A DNA stretch of 64,000 nt, from NCBI GenBank assembly GCA_946546925.1, contig CAMNOS010000001.1, forward strand, positions 12,727 through 76,726, read 5' to 3'. The stretch comes from an uncultured Butyrivibrio sp. GTDB lineage: Bacteria > Bacillota > Clostridia > Lachnospirales > Lachnospiraceae. Made by a program: the position numbers and the translations under genes. Positions within the stretch are counted from its first letter, which is position 1. The number at the start of each line of letters is the position of its first letter. The notes beneath the pieces are model-generated. The model was not told the origin of the DNA. It saw only the letters and a list, made by a program, of their open reading frames with translations, and did no database searches. Positions 49,829 to 60,184 of the stretch are shown piece by piece.

Positions 49829-49923
49829 AAAATTTATGAATTCTTTATGTTTTTAACAAAATCGGAACACATTTAGAATGTTAACTCATAACAATAAAAA
49901 AATCTGAAAAGGGGATTACATAA

Positions 49924-50145
49924 ATGGCATATTTAGAAGGCGACATTGCCGCATTTGTTGGGAATTATACAAGAATAAAGGGCTATCCACCCACAGTTGA
50001 AGAACTTATTGCTTACTTTGGTACCTTCAAGATCATGGTAGCAATGCTCTATGTACTGAATCTGTACAGAGTGGGCATGATAAGGAATTCTCTCTTCTTT
50101 GGAACCAACGGCCTTAGACTTTCACCGGTCAGGACGTTGAAATAA
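49924..50145 (+). CDS. Small hypothetical protein with a LexA-N-like GYPPT motif
   Basis: IKGYPPTVEEL; followed by a perfect 10-bp hairpin at 50151-50173. Confidence 0.5.
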   Translation: MAYLEGDIAAFVGNYTRIKGYPPTVEELIAYFGTFKIMVAMLYVLNLYRVGMIRNSLFFGTNGLRLSPVRTLK

Positions 50146-50458
50146 CATACTGGGGCATCAAACTGATGCCCCAAACCTCCAAAGCATTAATATTTCATAT
50201 ACAGTATCCGATATATAGAGTAACAGAAGAAAGGAGAAAGATACACGATGAATAATCTTCCACAAAGGTAAAGATACCTTCACTGCGGCAGGATCCCGGT
50301 GGAGGTATTTTTTTATACCGCAAAATCTATGATAGTCTGACTCTTTATCGAGAGTACAGCTACTGCTCAAACTCTCACGGTGACAGGAGCCGCTGTCTAC
50401 GGCTCTCTTTGCAATAAACGATGCTCCGTCCCCTATATGAACACTTACTCTGAATAAA

Positions 50459-53400
50459 TTAATCAGCCTTAGAGATTTTAAATGTAAATGTTTTAAGCCC
50501 TCCGTTTTCTCCGGTTCCCTTTATGGTAATTTTTCCGGTTCCGGCCTTGGTATTGCCTGAATATCCGACTATCTCATAAGCAGGATTGATAGTCTGTGCT
50601 TTTTTGCCACTTCCTATGGTAAGCGTAACCGTCATGTTGTCTTCATTCGGTTCTACAGCTTTTCCATTATATACAAAGCTCTTCTTAGCCGGATCATACA
50701 CTGCGCCCGTGCCAACCTTAAAGGTAACCTTCGCATTACTTATAAGCATCTTCTTGTCAACAACTTTGAAGCTTCCGGTCAACTGTCCTTCATAGCTGCC
50801 CTTTCCGTGGACAGTCACCGAAATAACAGAACCATTTGCAGGCGTCTCACTTGGTGAATTCCAGTCGGTATTAGAGCCGAAAGCTGTCTTCTTGTCTACA
50901 GTGTAATCGCTCCCCGAGAGCTCTTTTCCATTAAGATCATATACCTTTATCTTCGCATTTCGATAGGCATTCTTCTTGTTTGACTGAGCGACATCATCCA
51001 CAACAATGTTCAGATTGCCTATGTCCTGCTTTACGACTTCAAATGGCATGGTATATGAATCCTTATAAAAGCCCTTTCCGGTTATCACAACAGATGCCTT
51101 GGTCTTATCACTGCTTAGCTTAGAATTGTTCTTATAACTTACTTTGTAGTCCACACCTTCAACGAGTTCTTCCCCGCCAAGAGTAACTTTAACCTCAGGT
51201 TTTACTCCGCCCTTAAGAAAAGGAACTTTTCCGTCCTCTGCTCCGATCAACTGCAGATCAAGAGCCGGATTGTTTTTTAACGAAACTTTAGGCCGCACTA
51301 TCTTAAAGCTTGCAGTTGTGCTTCCGTAATATGGATCTCCCAGCGCTATAAACGTAACTTTGCAGGTGCCCGGGTTAATGTTATCACTGTATGAAACTGT
51401 GTAATCAGTATCTTCTTCCAGAATGGTGTACTCACTATCGCCCTTGGCTTTATATCTAAGCACATATGTCGGGCTTAAGGCTTCTCCGGTATAGTTAAGG
51501 TTTCCACCACCATCAGTTCTTACCACTTTAACGGTTGATTTAAGATTTATAGTCTCTGATTTTTTCATCAGTTTCTCGATGGCAACAGTTTCACCGGCGA
51601 AATTCCCTATTCCCCGAACTTCAATTTCATATTCCCCTGGTTCGGCAAAAGAGCTATCGTCATCATCACCATAATCAAGCTCGTAGTCAGTACCCTTCTT
51701 GAGAGTCTTACCATTATAAATGATTGCAGGTGAAAGCAACTGTTTGGTATATATCAGTTCACCGTTCCTTCTCTTGCTTTTAGCATATCCGAATACGGTA
51801 TTAATAGTTGCTTCTTCAATATCAGCCTGCAGAATGTTGAAGCCCTGTGACAATGTACCCGTATAGTTGCCGATAAACGTAACCTTAACTGTTGGTTCGA
51901 TACTCTTTCCGGATTTAGGATTGACAGCTCCGATACTTGCTGCATTCTTATTGTTGGCATAGCTAAGCTTATAGTCTACACCATTCGTCAGCTTTTTCGA
52001 TCCATAGTAAACGTTCGGCTCAGGCTTCCTGGCATTTCCGTCATAATACTCATCTTCAACAGTGCCTATCCAGAGAGCCCCTTCCTTTTTGTTCTCTTCG
52101 TCCTTATCTTCCACATCATAAGATACTGTTACTGTGCAACTCTTTTCAATGCCGTCAGCTTTCGCTGTGATAATAGCTGTTCCTTTTCCAACAGCTTCTA
52201 TAACAGCTGTGTTGCTTCCCTGCTCAGTTGTTATCACATTTACTATCGATGTATCAGAAGATCTGAACTGCATAAGTGCATCAGTGTCTTCAGGATATGC
52301 AAAAGCTCTGATAGTTGCAGTATCTCCAAGTGTCATGGAAAGACTTCTCGGATCGAGTGTAATGCTTTTAACCTCCACAATTACCGGATCCGCTTCTTCA
52401 ACAGTAACTTCACAGGTATCATTAAGCCCGCCATCTTCAGCAGTCACTGTTATCCTGGCTGTTCCCGCCGAAACCGCGGTAACACATCCCGCCTGATCAA
52501 CTATAGCCACGCTTTCATTGTCACTGCTGTAAGTATAATTTCTGTTTGTGGCGTTTTCCGGAAGTATACCGGCCTCAAGCATTCCTGTCTCAGTTTTACC
52601 CATCTTAAGATTCAGCGTCTTTGGATTAAGAGTAACTTCTGCGACATGTATATAATCGGGATCGTCCGCAAGCAGCCATACAAAGTCTGAGAATCTGTCA
52701 GAATCGGCGGTAAATGTACCATCCTCGTTCTCTGTATAGTCAATGGGTGTATATTCTGTTTCACCACCGGAATTCTTATGTACCCTCACAAGTACATACT
52801 TTTTGCCTTCACCTACTTTCTTTTCTTTCACACCGGTGGGAAGATCAAAAGTAAATGTGATCTCATTTTCGAACTCCGTTATATTTCCTATGTGGTGATC
52901 TTCACTATTTTTATCTTTGTGATACAGCTCAACATTTATGTTGTATGCCCCACAGAATTCAGCATTTAAGTCTTTTGCTGCCTTCTTGATCTGGCCCCAG
53001 TTATCTTTATAACTTTCGAAATACTCCTGGATAAATCCCATATCAACATGGAAAGTATCGCCGTTCTGCGCACCCGCCTCTATTTCTTCTCTTGCACTTT
53101 CAACATCTTCAATGTCTGTGTGCTCCGGATTACCATCAACCACAATGTTTTCAATAATCTCTGTTGCATCATCAAGAACAGCACCAGTCTGTTCAGGATC
53201 AACATTGGACTCGATCTCATAAACACTGAGGTTAGCCGTACCTTCTGCGTCATAGATCTTAGCTCCAATACTGGTCGTTCCGACAGCCTTACCTGTTACT
53301 TTTCCCATATCGTCAACTTCTGCCACATCGTTATCGGCACAAGTCCATTGAATAGTCTGATAATATGCATCTTCGGGGGTTATGGTTTTTCCTATATAGA

Positions 53401-56400
53401 TAGATCTTCCTACAGCGACCACTGGATCTGCAGGCGCCAAAGTTAAGGTTTCAACCATCTTTTTGTTAGCCGGATTATATAATAATTCTTCTGACCAATC
53501 AGATAATTCGCTAGGTTCACAAAACTCATAGCTGCTAACAGGATTTAAATTGGTAGTGGAAATACGAAATCTTACTGAAACATACACGGGAGCAGGTTCA
53601 AATCCTGAATTTCTGTATGTCGTAAACAGATCAGGATTCAGTGCTTCTCCATATTGCGGCGGAGTGTAACCAAAGTTTGGCGTACATATTACTTCATAAG
53701 TATCATTACGCATTCTGATCTCGACATCTTCTACTGAATTAGCTCTTTCATCACCATCCCATGTAATAATGTTTTCTCCGTCTCTCTCGTTCCATTTTAA
53801 GTTTGCCGGTGTACATAATTTAGGAATATCATTAACTTCAAAATCAATAGCTTCTGTCCATTCAGTCTCATCACTATCCTCATACATTTTTATATTTGAG
53901 TTGGCAAAATACTTATCTGAATATGACTGAATCCTAAAGCTTACTTTTAATTTGACGCCTAGATGTCCATTTTTAACTAATTCCTTTTTCAGAATAGGCA
54001 GCAGGTTCGCATAAATCTTCCCTTCCTGAACATACATATCGTCACAATACCCGGAGAATCCCATTCGAGTTTCATAAGATTCATAATTGTCTTCAACAGA
54101 ATACCTGATAGAGAAAAGACATTCCTCCGCAGCGGGATCACACGTTGCACGTAAAACCAGTGTATCATTATCTACACTTTCTATTATAGGCGTTGAAAGC
54201 TTTGACACTGCCATACTTTCAACATGAAAGCTCACTTCATTACTCCAATCAGAGTAATCGGACGGCATGAAGAATCCGGTAGTATTACCCCATACATCAG
54301 ATACTACACGAACGCGTACTTTTACATCCTCTCCAACCAGATTAAGATTATTACATGCAAACGAAATACCCGACATCATGTTTGCATTTACATTCGCTGA
54401 TCCATCATTATTATAAATTATAGAATTAATGGTTCCATAATAATCTCTGTTATCATATTCAATCCAATACCAACAACTGTAATAGTCTGCATTGTCAACT
54501 GCATTAAAGGAAACCACCAGATCATCTGAAATAAGAACATTCTGTGGCGCCTGAAGTTTCTGAATTGCAGTCGTATGATATGTCAAAGCTTCAGACATGA
54601 TCGACTCCTGTCCACTTATTACTGCACCATCAGGCTGCAATATCTGCGATATAACAGAAAAGTATACATCCACAGAATCAGCGTCGCAGTTGCCGATTAC
54701 ATGATAGATTTCCTGTTGTAGATCAATCTCGTTATTACTGGTGCCGGTTTGAGTTCTTCCAATCTCGACTCCATTGTTCTCTACTAGGACGTTTACTATA
54801 TAATAATTTGCACCAGGCACCTCACTCCATGTACCGGTTGCTGTCGTATTCTCCTTCCAATGGATATTATTAGCTCTCTGAAGAACAACTATTTCTCTTT
54901 CCGGTGACACATCTGACGCTTCTCCAACTATCAGAGTATCATTATCATCTTCATATGTCGCAAAAACGGTGTATGTTACCACTACAGCTTCGTTTTCATA
55001 ATCCTTTGCTACCTCTGTGATACTGTCGTAGAGGTCGACCTGATTGGTAATGGATGTAAGGCTTTTCGAACCAATTACTATTCCATGATGAGCGACAGTA
55101 AGTAATACAACATACGAAGTAGCATGCTTCACTTTAGTCCAATACGCAACTGCTGCCTCACCGTTTAACCAGCGAAGATTGATAGCTTTATCCAATTCAG
55201 TTATCAGATAGTAATGCCTCACCTCGGAATCATCTGAAGCATCGCTGATTATGGTCTCATCACCTACATCTCTTTTTGCATACACATTAAACACTACATC
55301 TGTATATACACAGTCCAGATTATTTGTAGCAGTTTTGATTTCCTGCTCCAGATCCATATATGTAAAAGTGGTCTCTTTTTCAATAGTGGTTACAAGATTG
55401 TTACCGTTGTATACCCTGGCATATGTCTGATATTTGGTGGCATATTTTACAGCATCCCACTTTGCCCTGAATGATGTTCCATCCCAGGCAATTCCCGTAG
55501 GCTTATCAAGAATGAACCTTGCTACATTGACCAAACATGTATCTGTAAACTCTCCGTCTTCAGTCTTAACTGTGATTGTGGCTGTTCCTGGGGAAATCGC
55601 CGTTACCAGTCCTTCCTGATCAACAGTCGCAACACTTTCATTGCTGCTACTATACAATACAGTCTTGTTTGAAGCATCTTCCGGAGCCACCACAGCCATT
55701 ACTGATCCGGTCTCATTTTCGACCATTTTAAGCCCAAGTGTTTTAGGCTCAACAGTAACGCCTGATACCGGCACTACATCGGAATCAGTACAGTATATGA
55801 CAGCATTCTCCAGCCCATCATTGTTTTCACCAACTTCGATTGTCGCCCAATCAGCTTTGGTAGATGCATATCTTATCGTATAAGGTCCACCTGAAAATAC
55901 ACTGTCTCCAATTGTCAAAAGACTTTGAGGCAGGAAAACGTTCTTAGCACCAACAGCCACGTTTGAATCCGAATTAGATATACAACTCGTCCCCTCCAGG
56001 ATAGTCAAATTCTCTATTTTGCTGATTATGTTTGAAATCGATCCAATATCAAAATTAGCGACTTCTTTTGGAAGTACCAAAGTTGTTAATTCAGAAAAGG
56101 AATTTATATAATTATAATTATATTGAGTCAGCTGGACATCATAATCACCACCCTTTGGTCCGGCTGTTTCAAGATTACTGCATGAAGAAAACGCTTCAGA
56201 ATCTACATATTCTAAGCCATCAGGTAAAACAACCGACTCTAATCCGGCATAGGAAAATGCCCATCTTCCTATGTTCTTTACTGAATCTGAGAGCTCTAGT
56301 TCTTTTAATGATGTATTATAGTGAAACGCCAAGTCACCGATATCAGTCACACTTTCAGGAATCGTTACACTTGCTAAATCCTTGCAATTTGAAAACGCTC

Positions 56401-57475
56401 CTTCTGGTATACAGGTCATGCCATCACATAGCTCAATACTCGTCAATCCGGTATTATAAAAGGCATACTCCCCAATTTCAGATAGTCCCGATGGAAGAGT
56501 AATACTTGTCAATTTAGTACAATCTCTGAATGCAAAAGGTCCTATACTTTCAATTTCATCCGGAATAGTCACTTCCTCCAAAGCAGTAAACGACAATCCG
56601 CCTCTTGGAATATATGCATCCCAATAAAACTGTACATCATAATCACCACCAGCCGGTCCGGCAGTTTTTATGCTATCACACCCCTGAAAAGCAAACTGTC
56701 CAACATAATTCAGCCCTTTAGGAAAAGTAATATCTGTAAGTTTACTACACCTTAGGAATGCAGATTCTCCAATAGTGGTTAACGTCTTTGAGAAAGTGAC
56801 AGATTGTAAATCTGCGCAGTCTGCAAAACTCGAATCATTAATAACAGTAATCCCATCAGGGAGCGCTATACTCGACAATGAAGTACAGTCTCTGAATGCA
56901 CATTTACCAATTGTTACTACACTATCTGGAATTTCCACTTCGATCATGTTACTACATGACTGAAATGCAGAATTTCCAATTGAAGTTATGTCGCTGTCAA
57001 TGACAGTTTTCTTAATCTGCTCTCTATCAGCCAACCATGCATCGGAACTGAACAGGTCAAAATCATCCATCTGTCCGGACCCGGAAATTGTCAGTGTACC
57101 TTCATCGTTAAGATTCCATGAGAGACTCCCACACGTGCCTGAATCTATCATATCAGTCGAAAAAAGATCAGAAGTTTCTTTTTCATCATCCTCATGATCA
57201 GCCACAATTTCTATGGTTTCATCTATGTTAATATCTTCAATCTCATCTGCAATATCTGATTCTTCAGATACAAAGTTGTCATACTCAACTACTTCATCAG
57301 TTTCTGCAGAATCAGAAACAAATTCATCATCCTCATACAATACTTCATCATCCTCAGTCAAAGTATTGTCATACATACCAGCATCAGTTGCATAAGTATG
57401 ATTTGGATAGCTCATGCATCCCATACACATAATTAGTACAGAAGCAATAAATCTTTTTATCCTTGTATTGGCCAT
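50459..57475 (-). CDS. 2338-aa secreted/surface protein: BspA-type LRRs, Ig-like (Big_2), FN3-like domains and C-terminal repeats
   Basis: Signal peptide; acidic linker; IGxxAFxxCxxLxSIxLP repeats; WxSSD/YSSSN..VATVD Big_2 motifs; repeated L..GxDY units; GGAGG RBS. Confidence 0.9.
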   Translation of the reverse strand: MANTRIKRFIASVLIMCMGCMSYPNHTYATDAGMYDNTLTEDDEVLYEDDEFVSDSAETDEVVEYDNFVSEESDIADEIEDINIDETIEIVADHEDDEKETSDLFSTDMIDSGTCGSLSWNLNDEGTLTISGSGQMDDFDLFSSDAWLADREQIKKTVIDSDITSIGNSAFQSCSNMIEVEIPDSVVTIGKCAFRDCTSLSSIALPDGITVINDSSFADCADLQSVTFSKTLTTIGESAFLRCSKLTDITFPKGLNYVGQFAFQGCDSIKTAGPAGGDYDVQFYWDAYIPRGGLSFTALEEVTIPDEIESIGPFAFRDCTKLTSITLPSGLSEIGEYAFYNTGLTSIELCDGMTCIPEGAFSNCKDLASVTIPESVTDIGDLAFHYNTSLKELELSDSVKNIGRWAFSYAGLESVVLPDGLEYVDSEAFSSCSNLETAGPKGGDYDVQLTQYNYNYINSFSELTTLVLPKEVANFDIGSISNIISKIENLTILEGTSCISNSDSNVAVGAKNVFLPQSLLTIGDSVFSGGPYTIRYASTKADWATIEVGENNDGLENAVIYCTDSDVVPVSGVTVEPKTLGLKMVENETGSVMAVVAPEDASNKTVLYSSSNESVATVDQEGLVTAISPGTATITVKTEDGEFTDTCLVNVARFILDKPTGIAWDGTSFRAKWDAVKYATKYQTYARVYNGNNLVTTIEKETTFTYMDLEQEIKTATNNLDCVYTDVVFNVYAKRDVGDETIISDASDDSEVRHYYLITELDKAINLRWLNGEAAVAYWTKVKHATSYVVLLTVAHHGIVIGSKSLTSITNQVDLYDSITEVAKDYENEAVVVTYTVFATYEDDNDTLIVGEASDVSPEREIVVLQRANNIHWKENTTATGTWSEVPGANYYIVNVLVENNGVEIGRTQTGTSNNEIDLQQEIYHVIGNCDADSVDVYFSVISQILQPDGAVISGQESIMSEALTYHTTAIQKLQAPQNVLISDDLVVSFNAVDNADYYSCWYWIEYDNRDYYGTINSIIYNNDGSANVNANMMSGISFACNNLNLVGEDVKVRVRVVSDVWGNTTGFFMPSDYSDWSNEVSFHVESMAVSKLSTPIIESVDNDTLVLRATCDPAAEECLFSIRYSVEDNYESYETRMGFSGYCDDMYVQEGKIYANLLPILKKELVKNGHLGVKLKVSFRIQSYSDKYFANSNIKMYEDSDETEWTEAIDFEVNDIPKLCTPANLKWNERDGENIITWDGDERANSVEDVEIRMRNDTYEVICTPNFGYTPPQYGEALNPDLFTTYRNSGFEPAPVYVSVRFRISTTNLNPVSSYEFCEPSELSDWSEELLYNPANKKMVETLTLAPADPVVAVGRSIYIGKTITPEDAYYQTIQWTCADNDVAEVDDMGKVTGKAVGTTSIGAKIYDAEGTANLSVYEIESNVDPEQTGAVLDDATEIIENIVVDGNPEHTDIEDVESAREEIEAGAQNGDTFHVDMGFIQEYFESYKDNWGQIKKAAKDLNAEFCGAYNINVELYHKDKNSEDHHIGNITEFENEITFTFDLPTGVKEKKVGEGKKYVLVRVHKNSGGETEYTPIDYTENEDGTFTADSDRFSDFVWLLADDPDYIHVAEVTLNPKTLNLKMGKTETGMLEAGILPENATNRNYTYSSDNESVAIVDQAGCVTAVSAGTARITVTAEDGGLNDTCEVTVEEADPVIVEVKSITLDPRSLSMTLGDTATIRAFAYPEDTDALMQFRSSDTSIVNVITTEQGSNTAVIEAVGKGTAIITAKADGIEKSCTVTVSYDVEDKDEENKKEGALWIGTVEDEYYDGNARKPEPNVYYGSKKLTNGVDYKLSYANNKNAASIGAVNPKSGKSIEPTVKVTFIGNYTGTLSQGFNILQADIEEATINTVFGYAKSKRRNGELIYTKQLLSPAIIYNGKTLKKGTDYELDYGDDDDSSFAEPGEYEIEVRGIGNFAGETVAIEKLMKKSETINLKSTVKVVRTDGGGNLNYTGEALSPTYVLRYKAKGDSEYTILEEDTDYTVSYSDNINPGTCKVTFIALGDPYYGSTTASFKIVRPKVSLKNNPALDLQLIGAEDGKVPFLKGGVKPEVKVTLGGEELVEGVDYKVSYKNNSKLSSDKTKASVVITGKGFYKDSYTMPFEVVKQDIGNLNIVVDDVAQSNKKNAYRNAKIKVYDLNGKELSGSDYTVDKKTAFGSNTDWNSPSETPANGSVISVTVHGKGSYEGQLTGSFKVVDKKMLISNAKVTFKVGTGAVYDPAKKSFVYNGKAVEPNEDNMTVTLTIGSGKKAQTINPAYEIVGYSGNTKAGTGKITIKGTGENGGLKTFTFKISKAD

Positions 57476-57599
57476 AAGTACCTCCTGTATCTATTAAAAA
57501 TAAAACCTTCATTTTGCTAATTTCTATGTTATCAACTGATTAATAAGATTTAATAAATATAGAGTCAAAAAACTATAAAATACTTGTTGACTCTTTTTT

Positions 57600-57746
57600 A
57601 TGGAAATTGGCTACTACGAGCGAACAATGCAGAAGATCAATGAAGCAAGTCTTGAGAATAAAGGCATTGCAGATTATGAAGCCGCAGGCAAGGTCGTTAA
57701 TGGCAAGGAATCCTTAAAGAAACTGAGGCAGAAACATGGCATCTAA
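57600..57746 (+). pseudogene. 5'-truncated Phd/YefM-type antitoxin remnant
   Basis: MEIGYYERTMQKINEA...GIADYEAAGKVVNGKESLKKLRQKHGI* overlaps the toxin start; N-terminal DNA-binding part is absent. Confidence 0.65.
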
Positions 57747-58061
57747 GAACTATGAATATATTTTTACTGAATCTGCCGAAGCTGATATCGATCTCACATT
57801 TTCATATATTAGTGATACATTGAACAATCCTGATGCTGAATCAGACTTGGCTGATGAGCTGCACAGCTTGAAAAAATCTGCAAACGCCCGGAGACAGGAA
57901 AGATTGTTGAAAACGAGTTTCTGAAAAGGAATGATGTATGGCGTTTTCTTGTAAAGAACTATATCGCCTACTATCTCATAGATGACGTGAATAGGCAGAT
58001 TGTCATTTTGAGGTTTGTGTACAACGGTCGTGATCAGGATAAGATAGTTAAGAATTTTTGA
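57736..58061 (+). pseudogene. Frameshifted RelE/ParE-family toxin
   Basis: MASKNYEYIFTESAEADI..., then a frame change near 57860 to AQLEKICKRPETG...RFLVKNYIAYYLID...VILRFVYNGRD*. Confidence 0.8.
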
Positions 58062-58123
58062 TTAATCTTTTGGATGATGAAGCCGCAGGCCCTGTGTTTA
58101 TGCTTGTTTACAGGAGAACTAAT

Positions 58124-58182
58124 GGTTCAAGTCCCCCCTCGCTACTAAAAAAGGAAAGCATTCGTTGCTTTCCTTTTTTGTT
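58124..58182 (+). repeat. Right att-like direct repeat
   Basis: Copy of 48897-48956 with one fewer C and one G-to-A change. Confidence 0.92.
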
Positions 58183-58256
58183 TGATTAGTTCGCTGTCCG
58201 GCTATAAAATTATGTTAGGTATGTGCACGCTTTTTCGCAAAAACGGGGATGATCTG

Positions 58257-60155
58257 ATGACAAGAGAAGATATTCTTAAACAATTCAAAGACTACGTGGA
58301 TCACATCAAGAGGATACGGAGACTTTCCACACCCGAGATCAGTGATATTTCAGGTCCCGACGAGTATTCCGCCGTCCTTGAGGATAATTTCAGCCGGATA
58401 GGTCTTCTTGCGCAGGAGAACAGGTCTCTCATAAACGGTTTTATAAGGCCTCTTCTCATGGGCAAGGAAGAGCTTACTGACGATGCCAGAAATCTCCTTG
58501 TGAGCTTCATGGATCTTCTTATGAACGATGATTCTCTGGAGGAGGTCGACGTTCATCTGGCGGAAGTCATAAACTCATTCCTGTTTGAGCAGGATATCGA
58601 AAAGAGCGGGCAGACCGATGAGAATGTCCGTATCAATGCCATGGCCAAAAAGGTACGTCAGGATTATTTCATGATCTCCGCACTGACAAGATTTGACAAT
58701 GAAGAGCTCCATGAGATCAGGAAAAAAGCCATAGAGAACAGGAACCGTCTCTCACTCTTTTTAAGAAAAGACAAGTTCACCTCTCTAAGCGATGAGGCAA
58801 AGGCCAATGTCCTCCTGGGATCACTCTCCGGCGCTCTTCTCTATGAGAGTACCGCCTTCCCGATGCCCGATGAGTGGTGGGAAGATGCGCTCTCCATTAT
58901 AGATGAATCACTTGAAGTCTTTAATGATCCCTTCTATCACAATGCCCTTCCAGACTATGAATGGGATGCCTATGAATTCAGGATATATTATTACGGCAGC
59001 TTTTTTGCCTATTCCTATATACCAAAGCACATCGCCGCAAGGGTGTATGATTATGCCCGTAATGCCATCGACTTTTTGAAGCACTGCGACAATGAGTTTA
59101 TAACATCATCAGTTAACATCGAGCAGGAGGAGGATCTTTTATATCTGTCCTCTGTTCTTGCCGGATATACCTCGGCAAGGGAGGCCTGTGAGAAATTTTA
59201 CAGCGCATATGAAAACAGGGATCCGGCCGATTACTCCGTGACAGGTGTCAACAAGAATCTTGACACCCCGTCGCTCTACATGAGCGTTGTGAAGATGACG
59301 GGACTTGAACTCACCGAAGAAGATTTTGACAGATACCGTGAGATTGAGAAATCCACCCTCAAGTACATATATGACATTCCCAAAAGAAGCTCAGTGTACA
59401 TGAAGTGTATCACACTTTTTTCCAATTTCCCCATCTATTACAAGGAGGTTCCGGGGATCAAGAGCATGAAGGACTTCTGTATCGATGCCTTCGCAGCGGT
59501 CCATCCGCCAACCTATATCCACTGCAATATGGTCGCAAGGCTATCTGAGTGCATTGCCAGACACCTTATCCGCATGGAGCCCGAGCTCTTTATCGCCTTC
59601 CCCGGGTGCGCCTGCCAAAAAGACGTATTGGAAAGCCGGGACAGGATCGTGCGCTATACCTATAACGCCGCCCTGTGCCACGACATGGGCAAGCTCCTTA
59701 TCATAGATACCATCTCCATGTACGGCAGAAACCTGTTTGACGACGAGTTTTCCCTTATCAAAAGTCATCCCGTGACCGGGGCAAAGATCGCCAAAGAGCA
59801 CCACTCTACCCGTGAATATGCGGATGTCATTAAGGGACACCATCTGTGGTACGACTGCAGCCGCGGATACCCAGCAGATTTTGACACCTTCAAAAGCCCC
59901 TACAAGACCGTGATAGACATTGTTTCCATCGCGGATTCCCTGGATGCGGCAACGGATTCTGTGGGAAGAAGCTACAATGCGGAAAAGACCTTCACCGAGG
60001 TCGTAAAAGAACTGACAGACGGCGCAGGGAGCAGGTACGCCCCTTTTGCCGCCGGTCTGTTTGCTGATAAAAAAGTCTGCAGTGAGATAGAATATCTGCT
60101 CACCAGCGGAAGAAAAAAGCTCTACAGTGAGACCTACAGGAGGCTGCAGAAATAG
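58257..60155 (+). CDS. HD-GYP-like phosphohydrolase with a long helical N-terminus
   Basis: TYIHC..V, LCHDMGK, IKSHP..G, HHLWYDCSRGYP, IADSLDA. Confidence 0.85.
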   Translation: MTREDILKQFKDYVDHIKRIRRLSTPEISDISGPDEYSAVLEDNFSRIGLLAQENRSLINGFIRPLLMGKEELTDDARNLLVSFMDLLMNDDSLEEVDVHLAEVINSFLFEQDIEKSGQTDENVRINAMAKKVRQDYFMISALTRFDNEELHEIRKKAIENRNRLSLFLRKDKFTSLSDEAKANVLLGSLSGALLYESTAFPMPDEWWEDALSIIDESLEVFNDPFYHNALPDYEWDAYEFRIYYYGSFFAYSYIPKHIAARVYDYARNAIDFLKHCDNEFITSSVNIEQEEDLLYLSSVLAGYTSAREACEKFYSAYENRDPADYSVTGVNKNLDTPSLYMSVVKMTGLELTEEDFDRYREIEKSTLKYIYDIPKRSSVYMKCITLFSNFPIYYKEVPGIKSMKDFCIDAFAAVHPPTYIHCNMVARLSECIARHLIRMEPELFIAFPGCACQKDVLESRDRIVRYTYNAALCHDMGKLLIIDTISMYGRNLFDDEFSLIKSHPVTGAKIAKEHHSTREYADVIKGHHLWYDCSRGYPADFDTFKSPYKTVIDIVSIADSLDAATDSVGRSYNAEKTFTEVVKELTDGAGSRYAPFAAGLFADKKVCSEIEYLLTSGRKKLYSETYRRLQK

Positions 60156-60184
60156 ACGTTTCTATTCGATCAGTAGCCAGCAGC

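Larger units (their letters stand above)
48897..58182. mobile_element. tRNA-Met-integrated genomic island (~9.3 kb) without an integrase
   Basis: ~60-bp flanking direct repeats; visibly AT-richer cargo (not quantified); decayed TA module. Confidence 0.85.

Noticed and set aside
50459-57475. DGR target or invertible (shufflon) cassette
   Set aside because: No reverse transcriptase or invertase, and no template/variable repeat pair seen. Internal repeats are ordinary domain duplications.
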